IMG/VR virus record: IMGVR_UViG_3300049811_000165
Location: 1-63,478 of that record
Source of the DNA: a virus
Direction: 5' to 3' (one strand)
Length of the DNA: 63,478 nucleotides
The translations under genes were made by a program, and so were the position numbers. Each line of letters opens with the position of its first letter. Position 1 is the stretch's first letter. The notes beneath the pieces were generated by a model, which was given only the letters and a program-made list of their open reading frames with translations, did not search any database and had not been told where the DNA came from. Below are positions 50,001-55,421 of this stretch, piece after piece.

Positions 50001-51349
50001 CCCGTGGCGGCGTCGGCCATCCCGATGATTGTGGCGCGCGTGCCGGCGTAGGACAGGCCAGCCCGCAGGTTTTCCGGGTCCGAGTAGAACTTGACCAGCG
50101 CGCCCTCGCTCTTGGCGTCGACGCCGTTCTCGGCAGCGAAGTCCAGCAGTGAGGATCCGTTCTCCATCATCGCGGAGTTGGCGCCCATCATCACGGCGCC
50201 CGGAATGCCGCCTCCGGCCAGCGCCGCAAACACGAGGCCCGGCGCCATCGCGGCGGCGCTCTGGGCGGTAATGCCGGCGATCACGTTGAGGGGGTCGGAC
50301 TTGAATGCGCCCCACGCATCCTCGGCCGTCTTGGCTTCCAGCATCCTCTGGACAGACGAGCGCGCCACGAAGGTCGACGACTTGTTGCTGGCCGCGATCT
50401 CCTTGTCGGCCACCTTCGCCTCACTCAGCGCGGCGGCGGCGGCGGCATCGTACTGCTCGGCCGTGGTCTCGTCGCCAGCAGCTCGCGCGGCAGCGGCGGC
50501 GGCCTTGTGTTCCTCGACCCGCTTCATGTCCTGGGCGAGCGAGCGGCCACGGAGTCCCTGGGTGGCGCTGCGCCCGCCCTCGGCGATCTCGGATCCGGTC
50601 TGCTTGAGGGTCAGCCGGGCGTGGTCGAAGAACGAGAGCTGAGTGCTCTCGTCGAACGCGGCCTGAAGCTCGGCGAGCTGATCAGGTCCAACCGCCTTGG
50701 GAAGCGCCTCGTTGCGGTACTCGGCGCGGAGTTGTTCGCGCTCCTCCGCGTTGAGGGCGGCGAACTGCGGAGACTGGACGATGTCGCTCCACTTCGGGAT
50801 CTTGGTCGCTCCGGCCTGGGCGGAGGTCTTCTCCGCGCGCGGCGCGCCGCCCTTCATGCGGGAGTGGGTCTTGTCGATGTACTCGCGCACGGTCGTCTTG
50901 CCGTCGCTGCGGTCCATCTCGATCGTGCCGTCTTTGCGCACCGCGTCGGGGCCGCCGAAGTAGAAGGCCGCCGCCTTGCGCGTGTCGCCGTTGTACGTCT
51001 TGATGCCATGCTTGAGGTAGGCGACGCCGGCCTCGGCCGAGTGCTCGGGGTTGTCCCAGCGGTAGTCCTTGGGGATGTAGCCGCGCTGCTGCATGTCGCG
51101 GAACGCGATCTCCCTGACCTGCATCGGGCCGCGCGCGCCCTTGTCGTTGGGCTTCGAGGTGTCGGCCTTGCCGGAGCTGGACTCCTGGGCGAAGACGGAG
51201 CGGACGAAGTCGCGGTGCTCGCCGAGCCCCTGCCGATCGATCGCGTCATCCAGCCAGTCGCGCCCCTCCGTCTTCGGCTTGGGCACACCGGGGGCGGCCT
51301 CCGCTTCGGTCTTGGCGTTGGGGTTCGCGAGCTTGTCCCAGAAGTCCAT
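41033..51349 (-). CDS. Giant virion-associated polyvalent protein (3,438 aa): SLT lytic transglycosylase, two ART-PolyVal-like domains, an HE..GH metallopeptidase-like motif and C-terminal membrane-active segments
   Basis: Start moved to the ATG at 51349, 4 nt after GGAGGTGG. The first 63 aa of the track ORF are Arg/Pro-rich and overlap the upstream gene. SLT: VFAQESSSGK...GARGPMQV...AEAGVAYLK (about 50939-51247). Two modules run YFHGTAADIESF...GHDSFYV..NPNQIKSAVGN (about 48290-48935) and VVYHGTASDFSEFD...GHDGVIV..RPEQIKSAIGN (about 46170-46625). VIAHEIVGHHG lies at about 47105-47131. Hydrophobic helices lie at about 41750-41890. Confidence 0.8.
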   Translation of the reverse strand: MDFWDKLANPNAKTEAEAAPGVPKPKTEGRDWLDDAIDRQGLGEHRDFVRSVFAQESSSGKADTSKPNDKGARGPMQVREIAFRDMQQRGYIPKDYRWDNPEHSAEAGVAYLKHGIKTYNGDTRKAAAFYFGGPDAVRKDGTIEMDRSDGKTTVREYIDKTHSRMKGGAPRAEKTSAQAGATKIPKWSDIVQSPQFAALNAEEREQLRAEYRNEALPKAVGPDQLAELQAAFDESTQLSFFDHARLTLKQTGSEIAEGGRSATQGLRGRSLAQDMKRVEEHKAAAAAARAAGDETTAEQYDAAAAAALSEAKVADKEIAASNKSSTFVARSSVQRMLEAKTAEDAWGAFKSDPLNVIAGITAQSAAAMAPGLVFAALAGGGIPGAVMMGANSAMMENGSSLLDFAAENGVDAKSEGALVKFYSDPENLRAGLSYAGTRATIIGMADAATGGIASKTIAPKALKSAVAKQFVNVPTQMAVQAGGGAAGEAGAQLATKGEIDAPGQVLAEAVGELATAPADVAVLAKDSISSKEPGSKSAGLRNLAKRLRGEPVDAGAVVDNPTEGAQVPALAPRGVAGAPIPDDTGIVTREVREKVNVTPDMVLDKGDAGQGNRPALPPPGGTGGTPTQSEIRVDGAGNATKVQVDRTVRQIGNEPGLTGGMRVDSAGNVSMETGPQAMEAEQERLRREDLGISPVSVPSKPAIPKKARSKTKSLRSEYSANQALSDRAAPGWKSPTGKTIEEVLRARPRPKEEPKPTPQRKKLFGLFSKRGITKTKGGTYVAPEQSTDPNFKRWFGASKTKQGAAPQVYFHGTAADIESFQPKQAGAIFLSPDPQFAESFAHASLEWLKKHLPNLKPEVMAKVDERAREMVRQNYEAQDVDDETLNYYLDNVRMTDEWLYASMDALDSGPNILPVFVRAERPFDGSNPEHAARVASHLSAGKGVFTLQSNQWTEDDLIESLDRGDWTVLESPEVQAAIKALGHDSFYVTEGGQKNLAVYNPNQIKSAVGNIKFGEGDNIVASRKTKEKTNAAEPTGARGDDARAVRGGQEQVAGDSRPDQGDVRVLEGAPGAIDIPGRGRVTFGLWDKALDVAKSYAKRAGIQFKPLTDWKKVDKERAARVAAEYAAMAHAPGDPQVAAAYAAMIKETSAQYEEILKSGLKVEFIRGADPYAASPRLAVLDMIENNHLWVFSTRDGFGSNATFDPKDNPLLAETKFEISGEKALANDIFRVVHDYFGHAMYGAGFRADGEENAWRAHSQMYSPQARRAMTTETRGQNSWVNFGPHGETNRSASGSETVYADQKTGLLPAWVMHDGAPQGGEQVKATPATKSVSSETGRGMDVAEVTKIVDDFSAVNKGANKLNIYVVQSAEEVEGLPSGVEGVYVGEDGSVILVADSLNPKRAAEVIAHEIVGHHGVESIIAAAGPGFERRWIEILKDVARVRAKGGYASMENVRQEYGDNQLIGAMEVLARMAETGEKHSLLTKAVSLIRDVLRKLGINLRMSDSDLIELVTRARGAVARGENISNAETKAWHAKLMSMSDEAADMLMSRAEKATTPAFKAWFGDSKVVGADGNPKVVYHGTASDFSEFDPDRIGATFGDDKSGFFFTSSPGEYGGASSYAKRAGRDGGSPNVIPVYLSIRNPLRLTDDKGMGPIAYLEDWKYGYGIRKQEIIEGAINDGHDGVIVDSDSTSETLYVAFRPEQIKSAIGNGGGFDAQSKNILFSKKRWSAENAAFEVAPGGNAAIKGEWDKLPLARRAEITLALSKAIVPAVAELFTSAKATVQSTVGGWMGDVNPSVALKLPSASTVEAQRIAAAVAYVFDQDAGLHVSAKGTQDAIVVELADGQDGEALYKSLPGNKKEFIGFTSSGDGMMEFLVDDAAKSLPKLQAHFGPAKVSVAQRGFSFLDKKDYKAARDSLPEADQDALDGLRDQARALMRISLSPERTGTQISTAPVTATAERTWLDPMKQRITVGIDHILGLGPKGVQIHAELMAKMANIRPKPGRTPAETIEAAVEHFKSNILWLYDQTLPAVRERAKLWYVGGNKIARQMSKFYGISHEQGAALIAVLSPQRDWFVNVSLARRVLDIWKHRQDFTATHEMFMAAVADRTGQSADARATQIKLANKIAGKKLSELSNPLEAAVWIRSFDETYNARTYRAISPEGETLGLAMNDDGETPASVQWGSNGTIAAAVSVLRDGSMENISTQLGSGHKVRNFYTNLIDPSDPHAITVDTHAVGVATLRPMSSDSEEVKNAFGGNTKGERGPVTSTIIGSNGTYGIFAEAYRRAAAERGILPREMQSITWEAVRGMFRAADKRTTSAPVEALWNQYKRGRMTLDRVREELKEVADADGINAPSWTAAHHQLDEDEQGAHEDLGLSGAGRDGGAGSGEPVAQGPRRRLGLHSVAATGGGSGVVEFSRRKPAPGSVSVDAWHWSHGQLSELSGFMYGQGIRGAEAERLSGAPEEIRRRVYFYTQRDNGTIPLREGGLGPNRHEVRLANLWKSGISPSIKVEPVGWTQSGIFIRDEAGTRNAWEMALLKAGYDGYVDGLSGVAVVLNSDVPVQFVRAAGLQSRATQTPANASPAARTGLLDGAFKLGMGWVGRLLSGPAYDYLIRQGARIVPDRVKHGLVSDFGLEGMYLDAKIDRTAAVNKVLRETKNLLDSLAGLTREQSRVAYLWMAEKPDTELEQQLLAQIPADDRATLRNMKSLIDTLGREAVSVGLLTPDSYERNKMAYLHRIYEAHMKPGAAGAAAKRAAAIRAENFKGRGIRHDVKADALVQAIDEIKEGDLLDRWEARSPSGKVTAVRYVKHGAAGPKGYTKADTWEARWLDRPGNKVGLWRDMTAEERHKLGEIEEVRFAFAKTVINGIRDIENAKFLKWVAEKYATEDAPADKIIGDPSTGYWATQAFKPDEFVRVPDTEIAGTKLKKYGALAGKIIPAPVWNDIRNQLARPADATSAAWDALVRNWKLSKTALSPAVHTNNVMSNFVLADLAEVRARDIVKAMRVIVAAKRGDAAAKTLIDRFEDSGADYGSFANIELSQLYIEPLLAELEKVENNELGLLKASQIVNLAMQGHVLTAGKAAMEKAAWVKKPFELMMRAYQSEDSVFRLAKFMRETEAGKPDREAGKAARDSFLDYNINAPWIQAARRSVLPFIAFSYRAIPMMLNAAAHKPWKFAKYLAVGYALNAAAYAMLGLGGDDEDRERKLLPDELDGRLLGVFPRLIRMPWNDAHGSPVFLDARRWVPGGDMVDLNQSQAALPVPSWLSVSGPLSIMMEFFSNKSSFTGREIVKDTDTKAEAMAKVVDHLFKAFAPNLPLPGPGTIIPGTDRGQLQTYAWTGLLDAGTGRTDAFGRDQSLATAALSSVGVKARAYPEDALRLRAVQDFQQAQREIQNNIKGLARELSRNGITQQEFDRRVEREKQKLEKASETLRKKL

Positions 51350-51407
51350 CAGGCCACCTCCAATGAGAGCGACCCATACTACTGCCAGGACTACTGGTTG
51401 GAGGAGC

Positions 51408-52685
51408 CTAGAAGCCCAGCTTCTTTCGGGCGTCGGCAACGGCGGGGGCCGGCGCGGCGCCAGCAGCAGGGGCCGGCTTCCCGCCGCCGGCCTTGGCCTT
51501 GTACTCGGACTTCGCCTTCTCCAGGGCCGCGACCGCATCCATCCCGTCGCGAACGTACTGGTGGGCCGCCGAGCGGATGGACTCGTACTCCGATCGCTTC
51601 TCCGGGGAGATCATGAGGCGACCCATCGGGTCCGTGGTGCCGTAGTCGGCCCCGAGGTTGCGGTCGAGTTGGTTCTGGCGCTGAAGGGTCTGATCCGGGG
51701 TCGGGCGCGCGTCCTTCCGGTTCTCCGCCACGAGCTTGCCGTCGGGGGTCCGCATCTCGGCGCCCTCGGCCAGGATCACGTTCTGGGACTTGGGCGTCGA
51801 GATCCCGGACTGCGCGCGCACGGTGCGGGCCTGCTCCGGCGTGAAGGTCATGGCGACCTTGCCGTCGGCGCCAACCACCTCGATCACGCCATCCTTCCCG
51901 GGGCGGAACTCCTTCAACTCCCAGCCCTCGCCGCCGATGCCGGCGTGGCGACTCGCCGCGATCGCCTTGTCGGTGAAGCCGTTCTCGTAGAGCCACAGGA
52001 CCGTGCCCATCGCGGTGATCTGGTTGCGCTGGGCGTCCATCGCGAGCTGCTTGACCTCGGCCTGCGTCTTGCCCGTGCGCAGCGCCTCGTCGGCCGCGCG
52101 GGTGCGCTCCTTGTACTCGGTGTCGAGCACCTGGGACTGCTTCACGAGGTGGTTCGCGTAGTCCTCGGTGGCGCGCTTGATGAGGCGGTGGTCGCCCTTC
52201 TCCATCGCCACGTCCACGCGGGCCTTGAAGAAGTCCGAGGTGCGCTTGGCCGGGTCCGGCTTGGGGCGCACCACCATCTCGGGCAGCTTGGCGGTCAGGC
52301 CGCCGGCCGCCTGCTCGGCGCCGGGCTGCTGGGTGGCGCCGCCCGCCTCCATCGCGGACGGGCGCATCGCCCCCTGGCCGGGGACTCCAGCCGGGAGCCC
52401 GACGGCCGGCTGGACGCCAGCAGAGGCCGCAGGAGCCTCCGTCGCCTGCACGGTGACGCTACCATCAGGGGCCATGCCCGGGATCGCGTCCTGGGGCGCG
52501 CCAGAGGCCCCCAGGCGCTTTGCCGCCTCGGCGTTCAGGCCGGACTCGTCCTCGGTCAGCTTGGCTTCGTCCTGGAGCTGCTTGAGCTTGATCGCCTCGA
52601 TCTCGCGCCGCTGCTTCTGGTCCTGAAGGTTCTGCCCGACCTGATAGCCCTGGGTCAGTCCGCCGATGAATGCTCCGAAGCTCAT
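51408..52685 (-). CDS. Internal virion / ejection protein (putative)
   Basis: 425 aa with a Gly-rich N-terminus, coiled-coil Gln/Glu/Lys segments and Ala/Pro-rich linkers. It lies immediately upstream of the giant protein, analogous to podovirus internal core proteins. Confidence 0.45.
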   Translation of the reverse strand: MSFGAFIGGLTQGYQVGQNLQDQKQRREIEAIKLKQLQDEAKLTEDESGLNAEAAKRLGASGAPQDAIPGMAPDGSVTVQATEAPAASAGVQPAVGLPAGVPGQGAMRPSAMEAGGATQQPGAEQAAGGLTAKLPEMVVRPKPDPAKRTSDFFKARVDVAMEKGDHRLIKRATEDYANHLVKQSQVLDTEYKERTRAADEALRTGKTQAEVKQLAMDAQRNQITAMGTVLWLYENGFTDKAIAASRHAGIGGEGWELKEFRPGKDGVIEVVGADGKVAMTFTPEQARTVRAQSGISTPKSQNVILAEGAEMRTPDGKLVAENRKDARPTPDQTLQRQNQLDRNLGADYGTTDPMGRLMISPEKRSEYESIRSAAHQYVRDGMDAVAALEKAKSEYKAKAGGGKPAPAAGAAPAPAVADARKKLGF

Positions 52686-53773
52686 TACGCCACCATCGAG
52701 TAGTCGACCTTCTTGAACCCGAACGCGCCGGCCACGGCAGCCTCGGGCACCTCATCTGCCATCACGCCACGGCCGGGCTCGCCCCACACGTACTCGTAGG
52801 AGTAGACGAACTTCCCGCCCGGGGTCATGCCGACCACCTTGATGTTGCGCTTCAGGCGGCGGTCGGACGAGAACAGCTTGGCCCCGAGCTTGGTGCCGAA
52901 GCCGCCGCCCAGCGCCATGCCGGCCGCGCCGCCGAGCGCACCCATGAGCTGATTCTTGCCCTGCTGGTTGGCCTGCCACGTCGCCATGTTCGCGCCGTTG
53001 ACGTTCAGGAACGTGCTGGCCGACTGGCCGAGCTGGTTCGACGCCTGACCGTAGCCGGACATCAGGGCGCCGCCGGCCCGCTCGTTCATGTTGAAGTTGG
53101 TCTGGCCGATGTTGGCCGCCGCGCCTGCGGTCGAGGTGCCGACCCCGGTGGCGGCGAGCGAGTGCCCGGCGATGCCACGGCCGATCGACACGGCGTTCTG
53201 GCGCATCTGGTCGCCCCGAGCGCGCTCGATCGCGGCGGCGCCGGTCTGGGCGCCCACCTTCGCGGCGGCGGCGCGGATGCTTGACGCGCGGTCCATGCCG
53301 GCGCCGGAGTCCGGGCGCACGCCCATCGAGGCCATCTCTCGTCCGCGCGCGGCGAACTGGTTGTCGATCTCGCGCTGGACATCGACCCCGGCGCGCGCGG
53401 CGGCGGCGTCCTGCTCGGACTGGTTGCCGGCGACGGCCGCGTCCGCAGCGAAGCGAGTCTCTAGCGGCTTGAAGGTGGTGTCGTAGTGCTGCTCGGCCTC
53501 GGTCGCCTGCTTGATGGCGAGGTCGTTCAGGTCGATCTGGCCCTGGGTCAGGCGCTCGATCATCGGGCGCATGCTCTCGGCCTCGGCCTTCTGATCGGCG
53601 TACTGCTGCTGGGCGAAGCGCAGCGACTCCTGGCCGATCTCGGCCTGCTTGTGCGCAGCCCAGGTGGCCATCGGATCGACAGCGGGCGCCTTCGAGGACT
53701 TGGCCGCGCGCGTGCGCTTGGCGCCGACGAGGTCGAGCCAGAAGGTGTAGATCAGTAGCGGCCAGTCTCGCAT
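52685..53773 (-). CDS. Gly/Ala/Gln-rich virion protein with a C-terminal peptidase S74 (intramolecular chaperone) domain
   Basis: 362 aa. C-terminus LFSSDRRLKRNIKVVGMTPGGKFVYSYEYVWGEPGRGVMADEV matches the S74 autoproteolysis signature SD.RLK.NI...Y.Y......G..A.EV. Confidence 0.6.
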   Translation of the reverse strand: MRDWPLLIYTFWLDLVGAKRTRAAKSSKAPAVDPMATWAAHKQAEIGQESLRFAQQQYADQKAEAESMRPMIERLTQGQIDLNDLAIKQATEAEQHYDTTFKPLETRFAADAAVAGNQSEQDAAAARAGVDVQREIDNQFAARGREMASMGVRPDSGAGMDRASSIRAAAAKVGAQTGAAAIERARGDQMRQNAVSIGRGIAGHSLAATGVGTSTAGAAANIGQTNFNMNERAGGALMSGYGQASNQLGQSASTFLNVNGANMATWQANQQGKNQLMGALGGAAGMALGGGFGTKLGAKLFSSDRRLKRNIKVVGMTPGGKFVYSYEYVWGEPGRGVMADEVPEAAVAGAFGFKKVDYSMVA

Positions 53774-54171
53774 ATTCGGGTCCAGAACTTGTTCGTGCGC
53801 CAGAGGACAAACAGCTCAACGTCCCCGCCCTTCCTTGCTCGCTCCAGGGTGGCCTCGTGCTCCGCCCCGAGCGACCGAACGAAGCGCAGGCACGCCTCGT
53901 TGTCGTCGTCCACCATGAGCGTCACCCGGTCCAGCTTGAGCTGGTCGTAGGCGTAGCCCATCGCGGCGGCCAGGAGCTGCCACGGCATCAGACCCTCGGA
54001 CGCGATGTGCGCGAACACGTTGTTCGAGCCCATCGTGTCGAAGTAGATGCCCGCAGTCAGCCGGCCATCGCGCTCCCACCCTATCGTGGCGACCGTCGGC
54101 GGCGCGGTTGTCCCGCTCCGCTCGGCCACCCATGCACTTACTCGCGCGTCCTGTCCAAGGACAAGACTCAC
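53752..54171 (-). CDS. GNAT-family N-acetyltransferase (putative)
   Basis: 139 aa. LDRVTLMVDDDNEACLRFVRSLGAEHEATLERARKGGDVELFVLWR resembles the GNAT beta4-alpha3 (R..R.LG) and C-terminal strand pattern. Its size is typical. Confidence 0.45.
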   Translation of the reverse strand: MSLVLGQDARVSAWVAERSGTTAPPTVATIGWERDGRLTAGIYFDTMGSNNVFAHIASEGLMPWQLLAAAMGYAYDQLKLDRVTLMVDDDNEACLRFVRSLGAEHEATLERARKGGDVELFVLWRTNKFWTRICETGRY

Positions 54172-54365
54172 CCTTCCACCGCCTCGGGCTCCCCTCTCTC
54201 GGGAGGAGGCGGAGCGTTCAACTTCTGGATCTCGACGCCCAGCAGGTGTTCGAGAAGCTGGTAGGCGTCGAGCCCATGCTCGATCGGCAGCTTGCGCATG
54301 CCGGCCAACGCGGTCGTGAAGACCCCTGTTGGTGCCGTGATCGTGACGACTTGATTTAGGTCCAT
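54168..54365 (-). CDS. Hypothetical protein (65 aa)
   Basis: Track ORF with an ATGA overlap to the downstream GNAT gene. Confidence 0.55.
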   Translation of the reverse strand: MDLNQVVTITAPTGVFTTALAGMRKLPIEHGLDAYQLLEHLLGVEIQKLNAPPPPERGEPEAVEG

Positions 54366-54390
54366 GATCCTCCCTCCTGAGGTTCGGGTG

Positions 54391-54525
54391 CTACTTGATC
54401 ACGTTCGAGCTGCCGCTCGACGGCTTCGAGCCGGAACCCTTGCTGGCCTTGCGGCTGCGGGCGGTCACGAAGTACACGACGGCAGCAAACGCGACGACGG
54501 CGACGACTACGACGGCAACTTCCAT
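54391..54525 (-). CDS. Tiny single-pass membrane protein (44 aa; absent from the ORF track)
   Basis: Hand translation gives MEVAVVVVAVVAFAAVVYFVTARSRKASKGSGSKPSSGSSNVIK*, with a GGAGAC SD-like sequence upstream. The plus-strand track ORF 54364..54549 over this region looks spurious. Confidence 0.5.
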   Translation of the reverse strand: MEVAVVVVAVVAFAAVVYFVTARSRKASKGSGSKPSSGSSNVIK

Positions 54526-54566
54526 GTTGGTCTCCAGTGGTATAGGTGAAGCGCCATGAGACTACC

Positions 54567-54680
54567 TCAATCGCCCCCGGTTGGAGGATCGTCCTTGGAG
54601 ATCCATTTGGACCTGGACCTCCAGACCACGATCAGGCCGAAGATGACTGCGATCAAGGCTGCATCGATCGAGATGTTCAT
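54567..54680 (-). CDS. Tiny single-pass membrane protein (37 aa; absent from the ORF track)
   Basis: Hand translation gives MNISIDAALIAVIFGLIVVWRSRSKWISKDDPPTGGD*, with a GGAGAAGG SD 2 nt upstream. Confidence 0.5.
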   Translation of the reverse strand: MNISIDAALIAVIFGLIVVWRSRSKWISKDDPPTGGD

Positions 54681-54719
54681 GGCCTTCTCCCAGCGTCGGA
54701 CGAGGTTCGAGATCATGGG

Positions 54720-55199
54720 CTAGAACTCCCACTCCCAGTTGTGGGTGAAGTCGGCGGTTTGCTGCCTCCCGCCATCACCGTTGTCCGTCACGGTCACGCG
54801 AAGGACGGTTGTCCTGTAGTCGTATGGGCTGATCGATCCGGTGGTGAACGTGCAGGTCTGGCTTGAGGCGTTGGACAGCGACCCACCGGCATTGTTGCTG
54901 ATCACCGACCACGAGTAGGAGAACGAGCCAGAGCCGTTTGCCAAGACAACTTGGATGCTTCGAGACTGCACCCCGGCCCCAAACCGCAGGAGATACCCTG
55001 GGCTGCTCGGAGAGAATCCAGAGATCGTGAACGGGGTGATCGCGCTCTTGCCATGCAAGTCAGAAAACGAGATCACCCCGGACGGCTTGCCGGCCAGCGC
55101 GCGAACGCGCGAATCGTTTAGCGACAGCCCGGTGGCGGAGATGCCAAGCTCCGCCGCCACCTGAGCCATCGTGATCGTGCCGCTGGCCGGCAGAGTCAT
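54720..55199 (-). CDS. Tail-fibre-associated structural protein (159 aa)
   Basis: Track ORF, Ser/Gly/Thr-rich and beta-type, located downstream of the fibre genes. The call is positional. Confidence 0.45.
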   Translation of the reverse strand: MTLPASGTITMAQVAAELGISATGLSLNDSRVRALAGKPSGVISFSDLHGKSAITPFTISGFSPSSPGYLLRFGAGVQSRSIQVVLANGSGSFSYSWSVISNNAGGSLSNASSQTCTFTTGSISPYDYRTTVLRVTVTDNGDGGRQQTADFTHNWEWEF

Positions 55200-55202
55200 G
55201 CG

Positions 55203-55421
55203 CTACTCCGCAAGCGGGAGCGGCAGCACGACATCCACCTCCACCTCGAACTGTGGGGCGAGCGGCATGCCAGCGGCAATCGCCGGAACCGCCCCCGGCG
55301 CCTGCCGAGTCTGCACGGTTGCGCGAATGCCGGCGGCGCGCGCGGCGGCCAATGCGTCGTTGAGCGCCGCCTTGCTGGCGAGGATGGCCGACGAAAGGGT
55401 GTTGAGTTCTGCGATGTTCAT
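55203..55421 (-). CDS. Hypothetical protein (72 aa)
   Basis: Start moved to the ATG at 55421, which forms an ATGA overlap with the fibre stop. It is Ala-rich and helical. Confidence 0.5.
   Translation of the reverse strand: MNIAELNTLSSAILASKAALNDALAAARAAGIRATVQTRQAPGAVPAIAAGMPLAPQFEVEVDVVLPLPLAE

Noticed and set aside
41033-51349. The giant protein as an N4-type virion RNA polymerase.
   Set aside because: Its size and position fit. Scanning by eye found no T7-like motif A/B/C set. The one HDS match (GHDSFYV) belongs to a duplicated ART-like module. This still deserves a profile search.
51350-51538. An N-terminal 63-aa extension of the giant ORF (MRSRPWRRRSPSTRPRPAAG...).
   Set aside because: It is Arg/Pro-rich and overlaps the 3' end of the upstream gene by 131 nt. 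The internal ATG at 51349 has a strong GGAGGTGG SD. The extension is most likely not translated.
54364-54549. The plus-strand 61-aa track ORF in the tail module.
   Set aside because: It is the only plus-strand call inside a 22-kb minus-strand block. The same DNA encodes a clean SD-preceded TM peptide on the minus strand (54391..54525).
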